Counted from the first letter of the stretch, positions 1 through 12,782 are shown. The stretch: 64,000 nt of DNA from Tubiluchus corallicola (GCA_030141605.1 JAQGDQ010000041.1:496001-560000), one strand, 5' to 3'. Notes: generated from the letters alone by a model not told the origin. A program made the numbers and translations.

Positions 1-22
1 TCGCATTTGTATGGACGGGCTC
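1..22 (-). CDS. ZEB: ZEB/zfh1 next exon, truncated by window edge
   Basis: Acceptor TTTTTCAG|GA at 23/22. Splicing gives HSG-ARPYKC, the canonical inter-finger linker and start of the next finger. Confidence 0.92.
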
Positions 23-423
23 CTGAAAAAAATCAATAAACTGAGGAAGGCATTGTTATAAGAGTACAGAAACAATGAACTGAAACAACCCTTAAATAAT
101 ATAATGTAACCTTGATGTGTATAAACTCCTGCAACAGTCTATGAAACAATGATACATATGTATAAACTATTTTTATGATGGCACAATTAATATTAAAATA
201 ACAACACAACCAATGAAGCATGAGACACATTTATATAGGAACTTCTAAAACAATCAAGGAAGTAATATCACATTAATACTTCACTAAATTAAGGAGAGAA
301 ACAACAAATAGTCAGCATTTCTTTTCTGTATGCCCAATGATGTGCACAGCATATCACACCTATAATAGAACTAATAAAGCCAATTTAAGGTTCCTGTTAT
401 GATTAAATATAAATGTAACCTAC
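23..423 (-). other. 401-nt GT-AG intron
   Basis: GTAGGT...TTTTTCAG, phase 1 on both sides. Confidence 0.92.
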
Positions 424-610
424 CAGAGTGTTCATACTTGTGGCGAGCAAGACTGCTTTGTTTATTGAACATCTTATGGCACTGATCGCAAGCATACAGT
501 AAGCCGTCGCCTCCTTCTGATTCAATCTTATGTTCCTTCCAAGACTTGCGCCTCTTAACAGCAGGGCTTTCACTGTCATCAAACTCAAACTCTGTTTCTT
601 CAGACTCCAT
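424..610 (-). CDS. ZEB: ZEB/zfh1 exon with first finger of the C-terminal cluster (187 nt)
   Basis: MESEETEF...YACDQCHKMFNKQSSLARHKYEHS, the ZEB C-cluster finger 1. Acceptor TTTTACAG|ATG at 611/610 (phase 0) and donor CTG|GTAGG at 424/423 (phase 1). Confidence 0.96.
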
Positions 611-786
611 CTGTAAAAAGTGTAGCAAATAAAATATTCCAACTTGTTCAACTTTCAGTTTTAATAATTTCACAAAACAATAATACAAATAGTTAAAATA
701 TTTAGCTAACTGTCACACATTTCACAACTCTTCAGTAAAATCCAAGCTAAAATGCACTAATAAAAACACAAGGAGCATTTATATAC
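611..786 (-). other. 176-nt GT-AG intron
   Basis: GTATAT...TTTTACAG, phase 0 on both sides. Confidence 0.9.
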
Positions 787-3116
787 CTGTTTCCATGTTT
801 TCTTACGAATCCGTCTGCCTTCATCATCATATTCTGTCGCACAATCTTCTGCATCACTAGTTACGCAACTTTCTTTTCCACTCCCATCTTTTTCTGGATT
901 GCCATTTTCATCCATGCAGTCATAACTAGCTTCAGATTTACTGGCGGGAGATATGGATGCTGGTGGTGGAGTTACCATATGTAGACTGTCACATCCAGTA
1001 GAAGCTGTAGAGCTATGCGGACTTGATGGAAAGTTGGCTCTGCATGAAATACCATCGACGGGGCTTCCAGTTTTGATCATTCCTTCTCTATGCATATACT
1101 GGTATAAAATAGATTGTTCTATGCTTTTATTTGCCATGCTTCCATTTGTTGTTGTGTCATTTTTTCTACTGAGATTAAGTACAGCCATTAGTTCCGGGTG
1201 CAGTTCCGGAGTACTGGATGCTTCCTGCTCATTTTTGTCCCCAAGTCCACCATTGTGAGCTGGTTTAGGTTTTAATGACAAATCCAGAGGAGCATCTTGG
1301 GGAGGCTGGTAGAGGTAATTTAATGACTTTATAGGCTGGGAAAATGGCAGCATTAATCTTGGTGTGGATGAAACAGGTTTGGTGTGTGCACTTTGATGTG
1401 CAAACTGAGGTGAAATTACTGGCGAAGTGTAAAACAAAGGCTGAAAAGCAGTGGTCGATGACGGCACAAGAGCACCATTGTATCGAGATAAGACTGGCGT
1501 AAAGGACGAGACAGAATGTTGAGAAATTGCTGTGGGTTTTATCACGGAAGAATTTTGCAATTCTGCTGGAGATGAAGCTGCAGAAGCTGGCTGAAATGGA
1601 ATCTGGATCACTCTACCCCTCTTTCGATCTCTGGCTCGCATGTTCTGGAACCAGACCTGGACAACTCGCTTTGGAAATCCGACTTCTTGTCCAATACGAA
1701 TGAGTTCAAACTTCCTAGGTCTAGGATTGATTTCATAGTAAGCTTTTAGAATCTTGACCTGCTCCTCGTTGATAAATGAGCGCATGCGGTTCTTTGTTTC
1801 TTCCGCTGTTTGCTCATCAGTCACATCATATGTAGAACCGCCATCTTCACTTTCTGTTGCTGCACTGTCTCCATTGGCTTCGGGCTCAGCCAGCAACTGC
1901 TTGATGTGATGATGGGACTGGATGGATGCTAGCTGGACGTCTTTATTCATTTTACATAAGTATCGCTCATGTTGATGCTGATCTATGCGATTAATGAACA
2001 CCTCACCACAATGGCCACATTTGTAATCAATTCCTTCTAGATCATCCTTACTATCGTCACCTACATCTCCATTTGGCTGCTGTGGAAGTTCATCTTTAAC
2101 CTCTTCTGCAGACTTTTCCAGCTTTACCTCCGGGCTAATACCACATCTGAGACGAGCCAGTAAAGCACTTTCTTGCTCTTTCTGCTTTGTCACTGTCGCA
2201 TTGACAACTTCAAGAATTTTCTTCACAGCCGTTAAATCATTGTTCCCATGCCTGTCTTCAGATTCATTGTTTTCTGTCTTAATGGCGACTTCATCTGTTG
2301 TTTGTTTACTGGATGTATCTGTCTGCTTGGTGGAAGTGGAAGACGATGATGATTCAGTAGCAATGGCTTGTTTCTCAGAGCTGGATGACACAACTTCACT
2401 ACTAGTTGGAAAGACAGGAGGATTCAGATGCTCCGGTGCTGGAAGACTAAGAGGTGATGCAGCCACTGGAGCTGTAAGCTGACTCACTAAAGCACTTTCT
2501 GTATATCTTGGCGAAACAAATGACTTGTAAGTGAGAAATGGATTATAATGTGATGTACTCACTGCTTGCAGAGCAGCATTACCTTGGGGCGTAAGAGTTG
2601 GTGGCTCAGATTTACGGCCCCGTGGCTTCTGACCACCCCGTACTTTCAAATTCATAACCAGACATTTCTTGCTGGTCATGTGAGAACTGTATGAGCCAGA
2701 GTGTGAGAAATGTTTACCGCAGTTTGGGCACTCAAAAGGTTTCTCTCCAGTGTGGATTCTAATGTGCTCTTTTAGGTGATGCTTGAACTTGAAAGCTTTG
2801 CCACATTCTGGACATTTAAACTTCCGCAAGACTTGGCTCTCATCATGGGAGATCATGTGACGTTGCAGTCGGTAAACGTTAGCAAATGTCTTCCGGCAGA
2901 CCTTGCAAGACTGTTGTGTGGGTGAATGAAGAGCTAAATGCTGGTCCAATTGTGATTTGCTAGGAAAATTAGTCTCACATTTGTGACAGAGAAACTGCGT
3001 AGAATGAGTTGTAGTATGATCAGTACTCATGTGCTGCCTCAGTGCGTAGACATGTGGGTAGTTCTTCTCACAGTATGGACAAGACAAAGTGTACTCATCC
3101 ATCTTTGGTGTAGTAT
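787..3116 (-). CDS. ZEB: ZEB/zfh1 large central exon (2330 nt): N-terminal zinc-finger cluster, Smad-binding-like segment, single central finger, homeodomain, CtBP motif
   Basis: Translation contains RKFKCPECGKAFKFKHHLKEHIRIHTGEKPFECPNCGKHFSHSGSYSSHMTSKKC (diagnostic ZEB fingers), a homeodomain with VQVWFQNMRAR, and PLDLS. Acceptor TTTTTCAG|AT at 3117/3116 and donor AAACAG|GTATA at 787/786 (phase 0). Confidence 0.97.
1276..1290 (-). other. CtBP-binding motif PLDLS
   Basis: CCTCTGGATTTGTCA encodes PLDLS, C-terminal to the homeodomain as in the ZEB family. Confidence 0.9.
1615..1794 (-). other. Homeobox within ZEB exon (60 aa)
   Basis: KNRMRSFINEEQVKILKAYYEINPRPRKFELIRIGQEVGFPKRVVQVWFQNMRARDRKRG with W48 F49 Q50 N51 R53. 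Confidence 0.95.
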
Positions 3117-4587
3117 CTGAAAAAAAATTATATGCACATTATCATAATGTTTAACATTCGGTTAATAAATAAAAATAATAATACACTACATATTAACTGG
3201 AAAAAAATCTAGCAAAAAAATTAATAGTGGTGAGAAATTGCTGCTAAGCTATATAAATCATTTCAATTAGGCTAAGATACACCAATAAAAGTTTTTAATA
3301 ACAGTTCTCAAGTGACCGTCCAGAAGTTAGGTATTAATTTAGGCATTTAAGTAAGTCTTTAAACTGATTACAAAACTGACATCAGATTAGTTATGAAAAT
3401 TCTTGCAAGGCAGGCTTAATATCCTCCAAGGTAGATGGTTTTGATTGGATTACTGATGGCAAAATACATGCCACACCCGTTATTAATACACCTTGAAAAA
3501 TATATTGTAAAAGACACAAATACAAACGTGATCAATCAATAGAAACGACAAATTTATAATTTCATTACGAAAAAAGCAAGCAAATCAATTTTCAATACAA
3601 GATGAACAGCTTTAAACATTCAGTAAATTCAATGAGGGCATACTCCAGCAGCTTGCGATATTACAGAGTGCTGAATTACTCTAAATATAACTCTACAAAA
3701 AAATAAGTATTAAATTTATGGAAGCTTAATATTCATTTACTATTCAGGTTTTACTAAAATTCTATCGGTAATACAAAAACAAATAAGTTAAGTTCATTGA
3801 AAAGATATGCGCTTCAGTGCTTAGGTTTAATTAAAATTAACTGCTATAGGAATAACGCTATTCTTATATTAAGGCACCGTAAATAAGGCTGTAAGCACAT
3901 GACCCCAGGTGGCTGACAAACGAACTAATCGCCCGTATTATGTAGGGCAACTGAACTAACCTGCCATCCTATGGTAATAGTACCACATAACTGATCTCCA
4001 CATTAGATCGTTTAACATCATGTTTACTAGCTGATTCAAGAGATGTCGATTGGAAAGCAAAAATCAGACGCGACTAGATAAAACAACTCGTTAATCAAAT
4101 TAAGCTATAATACACAATGGAATGTGTTTAATGGTTATCACAGTTATTACAATACTGAATTATTGCTGTTGATACACATTTATGTATAAAGAAGTACTCA
4201 ACACTATGCACAAAAATTATCACAATAATTAGAATTCACAACAGTTTATAATAATGACAGCGCTATACAATACGGAATGCATATTTTACAAATGGTCGCG
4301 TTTAATCAACCATTTTTCTGATCACGGCTCATTTTAGATGAATTGTATTATCATCGCAAAGCTGACTAGAAGCATAATAGTGGTCTAACATTCCATCCCG
4401 CGTGTTGCTGCTGCTGCTGCACTCATTGCTGGAAGCTGCAGAACTGAGATGCTAGCTGCTTGCCGCATCTCGATTGATACACCAACAAGCTCGTATTCAA
4501 TTAGATGCCCGTTTATCATTGAAATAAGAATGAAGTGTCCCGGCGAGTCACGTGATCGTACCCCCGGTGACCACCACCAACAAGAGC

Positions 4588-4601
4588 GTTGCCATGGCAA
4601 T
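4588..4601. promoter_or_regulatory. RFX X-box-like palindrome
   Basis: GTTGCCATGGCAAT, one mismatch from GTTGCCATGGCAAC. Confidence 0.55.
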
Positions 4602-5955
4602 CAGGAAAAAAGGCGTATCTAGATGGAGCCGTGTTTGATTTGGAAATTGCTGTAATTTTAACATCATTAGCTTGGGTTTTGGCAAGCTGTGAAAGGCAAT
4701 TCCTACTTCTTGCTTATCAATGTTAGAAAACAGGAGAATCAATATAAGCAGCGCTGATAGAGCCACATTGGCTGATAGTCAAATAGCTTGGAAAATGAGA
4801 GTCCTGAGCAAAAAGCAAATTGACTGCAAATTACAGACAAAACGGGCAGCATTTTTTTAATTGCAAACAAGAACTCGTCCGATAATCATAATTTGCCGTC
4901 ATATTAATGAAATTTTTAAGCAACGCAGATTCATACAGAATAGAAAACATGAAAATTGTTGCAGTAAAATTAATGGAGCAACAAATAGCAATCGACAAGA
5001 AGAGAATTAATGCAGCGAATACGAGGTGTAACATTCACTTCGCAAACACAAGAGAAATTAAGTAGAGAACATTTTTCCCTGCTCTAAACGAAGCCATTGC
5101 CTCCCATATCACGAAGCCATTTATCTGATATATGTTAAGCGCCAAGCAGAAATGGAATGAGTTTTCATAAATGCAATTCCCAACCAAGAATCAGATAAGG
5201 TGTGTGCTTGTGGTAGTCATGGTAATCAATTTAACTCAAACCAGTCGATGTATGCTGACGACATTATGCAAATACACAGGCTTGTTAACAACTACACTGG
5301 CATAATATTTCATGTGCTTGTAGGCTAAGCGTAGAACACGAAAACATTACTGCTGTAGTAAATGTCTAACTTGGTAAATCTAAATTGGTTCACGGTGACA
5401 ACAAATGTCATTTTTATTACGCATAATCAATCATAGAAGTCGCAACAAAAAGCAGAGACAAAGGTATTTGTATTTGAAAATCGGCAAAATATTTGTTTGT
5501 GCCAGCGCTTTTCGCGTTTCAAGAAAAAAATTTAATAGATTTGTTCTAGTATAATATAAGGAATTCGTTCCGGAGCCGAAAATCAAACATAAAATTTATA
5601 TCCTGCTCGTCCTAAAGGCACGAAATAAAAAAATGCATAAAGTGATTACTAATTGGAGCCAGCTATTTCTTTAAAAGACATTTCCAACAAGAATAAAACA
5701 AGTGTGATGCACTTTGAAACGAACTAACTTTTTATAACTTTGTTTTTCTGCAAGGCTAAGACTTCAGGAGAAATTTTTGTAAAGAAAACACATCTTGAAT
5801 GCATTTAACTTTTACGCACGGAGCGTCAAGGGACTTTCCTTTTCATTCGTAAAGGCACATTTTCTTCTTTACAGTCAGCTTATATAAACCGCTAGCGGTC
5901 TGCAAACAATGATAAATTACTGCAAAATAATTTTTAAATAAAGTGTACAGATAGG

Positions 5956-6211
5956 CAGGTATTAATATCTTATACAATTGTACTCCAATCAAAGCATCGC
6001 GTGCATCAGGTGTGAGAAGAATTAACCTTTACAAACCAATCAATTACACATAACTGTACCGGTACATGTTGATTGGCTGCTATCACAGGTAATTGCCAGG
6101 TAGGAATACACAAGGTGGGCATGGCACGCGTCACGCGCACGCGCACGCATTCACCTGTGATTTGCAGGTCAAACGGTAATTACAGGTGTGAAACCCAGTA
6201 ATTGATAGGTG
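5956..6211. promoter_or_regulatory. Cluster of CAGGTR (ZEB-type) sites with CCAAT boxes and CACGCG sites
   Basis: Exact sites at 5956, 6007, 6086, 6097, 6152 (CACCTG) and 6183, with near matches at 6112, 6165 and 6206. Confidence 0.7.
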
Positions 6212-7727
6212 ATTTGACAAAATACCGAACAAAGGGGGGCGTAGCCATTTTAGATGAATTGTATAATGACTAATTAGCTAGACTAAAAAGCGACCTTTTC
6301 GTTTTTTACTCAAATGTGTTTAAATCAAAATACACAACATCAGCCTCAGTTAAGTAGTTTTTATTACTGAAAACATACACCTTAAATAACAACCATTAAT
6401 ATTCCGTCGCAATTTCCATGCAAATTGTATTTCTGATCTCGGCAAATTGTGGCATGTTGTAATAAAGGCTTTCTTATAGGGTCATTGTCAATTAATAAAA
6501 TACGATCAGTGATTCACTGCTACACAGTGCCACTTAAATTTTGTCTTTTTATGTCTATTTTCTACTATGACTTTTCGGTAACTTTTGACCGGCTCCATGA
6601 CCTAGGATCGCCACATTTTCCTTGTTCGCATCTTGTTTTTGCATTACTGCCACGTTTGACGTACGTGTAAGGTACCATATAGGGTCTACATACGAAAATT
6701 TCATCAAATTGACACCCCCCCAGCCCTAGTGCTACATTTACAAATATAAGTCAAAGGTTGAAAGATATTATTTCAGTTGGAATAACTTAAAATTTGCCTT
6801 GATCTAATAATTTGGGTCAAGATTCTTCCATTAAAATAAGCCTAAGCTTTCTAACATGACCATTAACAATGTGAAATAAGTAGTAACTGTATTCACGCAG
6901 TATTAAAATTATAAAAAATTCAATACATACAGTTTAGAAGGAGTGAAAAACACCTATACAGGGCATTTTTCACCGAAACTTTCATGCAGTTTCCGTATAT
7001 TCTCGTTTGTGGCTACTAAGCCATCACGTACTTCCTAGGTCTCTCACAGGTTTATTGGCTTATTCTACCTGAATACATGTGATAATGAACACTGACGTTA
7101 ATGGTAATAACGGAGCGCTGACTCACAGACGTGTCTTATCAAGAAACTGCATTGAATACGTAATTGTACCTACATATAGGCCTAAGTATATGTAGATTAT
7201 ACATGGAAGAGGACAGCTTACAAACACACCTAGAATTTTTGCTTAATGAACATTAAGTATCCGCACCCATATTATGCAAATTTTGAAAAATTCTGTGTAT
7301 CACTTATCACTTATCAGGAGTTCTGCACAGGAAAAATTAAGTGGAATCTGATTATGCAACATCTATCAATATTTGCCTTCGCCTTGATAAAAGATCTCAC
7401 CTACTCAATGCATATTTATGACTTACAATAAAAAAGGTAGTAATTGAAGATAAATTCTGAATTATACCTCGCTCAGTCGAGCTGCAATAACTACTCCTGT
7501 TACGGGACAACTGAAGCGCTAATAATACACCGTTTCCAGTGTTTTCAAAAAGCTGCAAAAAAGTGAATAAATTTTCATAAATTTGTGCAGAAGGTATTGT
7601 GCGTGAAAACCTGCACAGATAATCCGTAAAGTTGAACAAGAGCATGTTAAGCGGCTAGCTCATTTATCTTGTCTGTTTTAATTAGTTTATACACCTTTAC
7701 AGATTGTGCGACCATGGCTTAATAAGC

Positions 7728-8068
7728 TAGCAGTGAAAGTTGTGCAGTGAAAATTATAATGATCTGATTGTCTGTATAACATGCACGACAAAATTAGTAG
7801 GAAATCTTCAGAATTTCTCTTTAGTTTAAAATTTTGTGATTAAAACTTTGTGATTACCTTGTTTTTTTTATTTGTTAGCTTACACCTTTGCTCGAGCTTT
7901 GCAACACTCTTAGCAGTGAAAGTTGTAAAGTGTTAATTACAATAATCTAATTGTCTGCACGAATCTCATACACGAAAAAATTGTTGTAGTACATCTTCAG
8001 AATTTCTCTTTAGTTTAAGATTTCGGAAAATGTCGCGATTACCTTGTTTTTTATTCGTTCACCTACAC
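7728..8068. repeat. Tandem duplication, 183-bp period
   Basis: TAGCAGTGAAAGTTGT starts at 7728 and 7911. Both copies share ATCTTCAGAATTTCTCTTTAGTTTAA and GATTACCTTGTTTTTT. Confidence 0.9.
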
Positions 8069-9829
8069 ATTTGCTGGAACTTTTCTCTTTCTTATTTCTT
8101 GTTTGATTATTTTAATTCGTTTTTCCTTGAACTTTTTCTTCCTCGTTTTTTATTTGCTTGGTTATTTTTATTGGTTCATTTATTTGCTTGCTTGTGCATC
8201 CTTTTTCTCAAATATCTTATTAATGTTCTACACATACGACTGATAACCTTGCGTAGGCCTATTGATTAATTTAATTATTTTTATTCCTTTGATTTTATTA
8301 ATAATCGCAGAAGGCTAGTTTTAGTTCTTGTGGCAAAACGAAATTAGGACGTGGCTTCGAAGTTAATGTACATCTAAAGCTCTGGCAATCGTTTGGTCAT
8401 TATGCCTATTAGGTTACAGAGTACCTTGAGAAAAGCCAATATCAGATGGCTTTTGAAGGCTCTCCTACGTGGCACCTTTGCTAGCCAGCTAAAGCTCCCA
8501 AGATGCGTCCTGCTCGTTATGCTCATTTGCATTCTGATGACTGTCTGTCATTGCTGATTACATCAAAAACCTGCCGCTTCTTTTATTCATAGTTTATTAT
8601 ATTTAGTCCCCAATACGCCCGTGTTGGTACTAATGACGGCGAGGAAGGCATGGAGATTAGATTTCCCCTGAAACCTGCGAGAAATGATGAATAATTCCAG
8701 GCAAACAAGACACAGCTAGTGACAATAATATGTAGAGACACGCCACTCACCTTATAGCAACAATTCCCTTAGACAAGCACAGCTAGGCCATCACTGAACT
8801 CTGTCTAATAAAAACCGATTGATTCTGTTGACGTCTTTTGTTTACTTGAAGCAGCCATTGTCAATCTGGTGAGGTGTTCATTTTTTCATGTACAAAAAAG
8901 TGAATCCGGTAAACGATTTTTGTTAGTGTTTTTAGGTAATGGTGCAAACATTATACATCTTCGAGGTGTTTAATTCTTTGCTTTTAAGGGTAAATCAGTT
9001 GTAATTAGTTCAACCTAGCTTATAGGGAAAATTTTTTTAGACAAACTTTGGCACACCAGCAATGAATTCTGCATAATGAAAATTAATTGATTTCTGTTGA
9101 CGACTAATAAGTTGTAAAAATGGTGTTGTCAACTTTGGCATGGTAGTAGATGAGTAACCACTGCGGTTCGATTTTTTTCTCTTGCAGTTCAAATGATTTA
9201 CTTTGTCTTTTAACATCAGAAAAGAAATCAGAGGATTGAGTGAACGAGCTGCGCAGAATGGATAACGAGGGTCAGTTAATGAAAATGAATTGCGTCAGAG
9301 ATTTTTTTGTATAACGGAGGAAGATGGTGAACAACATATACTTCTGAAGATCACTTTTAAGCGAACGAGACTGTTCGAATATTTTTCCCCCGTAAGAGCA
9401 AATCTGGTCGCTCGATTTTTCTCGTTCGCAAAAGTTAATCAGGTGACTATGTTTTTTTCGTCTTGTAAGAGCGAATCAGTGACTATAGCTTCAGGGTTTC
9501 AACCAATAAACACACCGTTGATTAAGCAGAGGAAACGCGTAGAGAAAACAAAGGATTAAGGTGCATGGCGGCTTCAGCTAAGTCTGGGTTCGAGAGATCA
9601 ATGTTAATGGAAAGGTTTTCAGCATTAGCTCAGGGCAAAACCTTCAGATATATCGGAAAGTAACTGTACGATCAGATCATACACCTGACCTGAATGAACA
9701 ACAGGTGGCGTGTCCATACATGACGCGATAGAAGAGGGGCGCTTCAAAGGGTAATAAAGGAGAGAGAGAGCACACAATATTTTAAAGAAGATCTAATTAT
9801 CATATCTCTCACAAACAACTTAAGTTACC

Positions 9830-10270
9830 GTTACCGTTGTCATTGTAGTTCCTGTTGTTGTTACTTCTTTTATCGGTATTGTTGTTGTTGTACTGTTGTT
9901 GGCGCTGTTGTAATTGCTGTCATCGCCACCGCCACTGCCGTCATCACCGTCATTGCATGATTGTTGATGTGCCGTTATTGTTGCTGTAGCTGTAATTGTT
10001 TATGTTGTTATTGTCGTTACTGACGTATTTGTGGTTGTTGCCTTCTTTGTCACTGCTGTTGCCGCCATTGCCACCACCGTCGTCATCGTCAGTGTTGTTG
10101 TTGTTGTGCTGCTGATGTCGTTGTTGGCGTGCTGTTATTACTGTCGTCGTGGCCGTGTCGTGCGCGTGGTAGTCGTGGTGGTGATAATCGTTGTCATTCC
10201 GCATGACTGTGGTCGTCGCTGCTGTTATTATTGTTGTATCATTGTCGTTATTGGTGTCTTTATTGTTGTG
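9830..10270. repeat. Mixed trinucleotide low-complexity tract (GTT/GTC/GCT/GCC/ATT)
   Basis: 3-nt periodic sequence. It produces spurious poly-V and N/D/H-rich ORFs. Confidence 0.9.
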
Positions 10271-12775
10271 AATGTAAAAGCTAGAAAGATAGTATACTTA
10301 CAGCAAGAGAAGAAACAAGTTCATAAGAATGACTTGAAACAACAGTTTTCCGCCATTATTCGCTTCAAGTTTTCACACGTTCACGTCACAACGTAAAACT
10401 AAATGAGGCATGACAGTAAAACATAATTATAACGCTAAAATTTGGTCTATAGGTTTATAACGAACACAAATTGCCCAAATGAGTAATACTTCACGACAAA
10501 ACAAAAACAATATTGCGAATATTGCTCAACCAACACCGCCAAATATATTTGAACGGCAAAACTGCAACAATAATGCGAAGTTATTTGGGAAATTTTTGCA
10601 CCTGTTCAGTTTCCAAAGCGACAATATCACAAGATCTGTAAACGATGAAAATGGGAGATTACAGGCAATTTAATTTGAAAGAAACGAGGATGTTAAGCGC
10701 TGAAAATAAAGACAGCCGATTGATGCGTATTAAAAACATTTTAATAATCTTGTTGTTCAGATTCTGAAAACACTAATTAAAAAAGTATTTAAAAGTGCCT
10801 GTAAAGGTATATCGGGCGTAAAATTTAAATGCTGTCATAAAGCGAACAGCATTATTACAATTTCTATAATCCCATATTGAATGATCCTGATTTGTATAAA
10901 TCATCTATGACGCAATAACAGATTCAGCAAATGTAGATGAGATATTCATATTCTACCTGATAGTTTTATAGCCAATAAATTGCAGGGAATGTTCTCTAAA
11001 AGGATTATGGCAGACAAGTGAACAAATAAAATTGAAAAAATGCACATGTAACATTTAGCCTGGGTATATTACAAAGAGATATGCTTATATTTATATGTAT
11101 AAATTATGCACATGCGCAAGACAGCCACTCACGTAAGATGAGTACAGCTTTTAAACCATAAGATACTGTAAGCTATACGATTAGGTACTTAATTCCACAT
11201 ACGCCGCGGCGGCCACTATTCGTGACTTGCTCTGAGAAAACTTAAAAAAATGTCTTGACACCTTCCAAGCTAAGCACACTGATGTAGGGTGCTTTGTGTC
11301 TACAGTAACAACAATTCAAGCAGTCCCAGTACATGCAGTTAACATTTTATTTTAATTTACTACGAGCTAGTACATTTCCAGCTAGGAGTGCTATGACAAT
11401 CTTTTTCAGAATCAGCAAAGGCGTCAGTTTTTAACAAGTGTGTAAAGATTATGTAATAGAAAATATGGATTTACTTATGTACAATTAAATTAAACGAAGC
11501 TTCAAGGAAGACCAAACTTGTGCGTCTATACGAAAAGGAAGCTCTTTCAACTCTTTTAAGAAAGAAACTTTATAGAGAATCTGGCAAAAGAAGCTACGCA
11601 TGTATGGTGACACTTCACACTGGGGCTTCATCATAAATAGTGCATGCAATCAATGCCACGTATTGTGTGTGCAAAGACAGATTAGGAAGAGAAGATTTTA
11701 AGTACCTTTGTGGAAGAGAACATGTGTGCGGGATACCAAACTAAAGATGTAATGTCATACCGCCTGCAGCTGCTGAATACGTAAATAGTATCATACAGGT
11801 CAGACTATAGGTGACGAAACAGCAGAAAGAGGTCAAAAAATAAAGGAAAGCTGCGCGAGATGCAAGTGCGTGTGTAGAATAGAAACGAGTTTTAATGCTC
11901 TACTAGATAGCAAGTATCATTGGACATTAGAATACTGACAGCAATAATGTTATCTTGCAATTAGTATATCGTCTGAAGTTAGTAACATCATATGATCAAC
12001 TCATAAAATACGCACAGAATATCTAATAAAACAAAATATGAAATCAAAATTTGCAAAATAAGCCAACACATAGTATATTAATCAGTTGTGGTAGCAGCAA
12101 CTATACAAAACTTTAATCTTTAATTTTACAAAATTAATTGAAAAACATTAGCAATGTTTTAATTTAAAATTGCTTTGTTGATCATTTATCAAGAAGTAAC
12201 ATGATAAATGCAATGTATTGTATTTACTTAATCGAACAGCGAAATAATACGTTCAGTTTAATTAACTGACTCCTATAGAAGGAAGTAGTTTATTTGTAGT
12301 AATATCTAGCTAATAGTGTGCACCTTCTAATTTTGCGAAATTAAAAACCATTATCAGAATCCCTTTTAATGCAGCACCTTTCAAAACGCACCTAATCACA
12401 ACACAAGTGCAGTCTCGTTCATGTAAAAGCATTACATCGCGTGACACTGTTATTTAGCTTGTCAATAGCTATAGTCAATGACTACATGATTAAAAGGTCA
12501 TACCTGTATAACAGCGCTTACCTACTTAATCAAACAATACGAAAATTACTCGTTCCATTATAAACACACGATCCAATTACAAGCATCATGAAGTGGGTAA
12601 TGTTGGACATAAGCGATGTTGTGTGCGTGAATTAGAAGCAGTGTAATAATCATAATTATTAAACGTTGATTACAAGTAGCAGGTAAGGCTACCAGGTAAA
12701 TTTTATAAAAAATTTAACACCTATATTACTTTGAATGGCTGTCACCGGAGGATAAAGAAGGGGCACTTTTTCTTT

Positions 12776-12782
<7 letters not shown>

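Noticed and set aside
757-786. ORF tail VYKCSLCFY resembling a zinc-finger start
   Set aside because: It lies past the donor at 787/786, lacks His ligands and stops immediately. It is intron read-through.
953-2482. Plus-strand ORFs 953-1258 and 2201-2482
   Set aside because: Antisense shadows of the ZEB coding exon.
4548-4766. 72-aa ORF with signal-peptide-like start
   Set aside because: Non-ATG start, no recognisable family and no supporting splice structure.
9950-10396. N/D/H-rich and poly-Val ORFs
   Set aside because: Artefacts of a trinucleotide low-complexity tract.
12515-12530. TAG|GTAAGC as a ratchet point
   Set aside because: Poor pyrimidine tract and a competing AG 3 nt upstream. 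Better explained as part of a ZEB-motif group.
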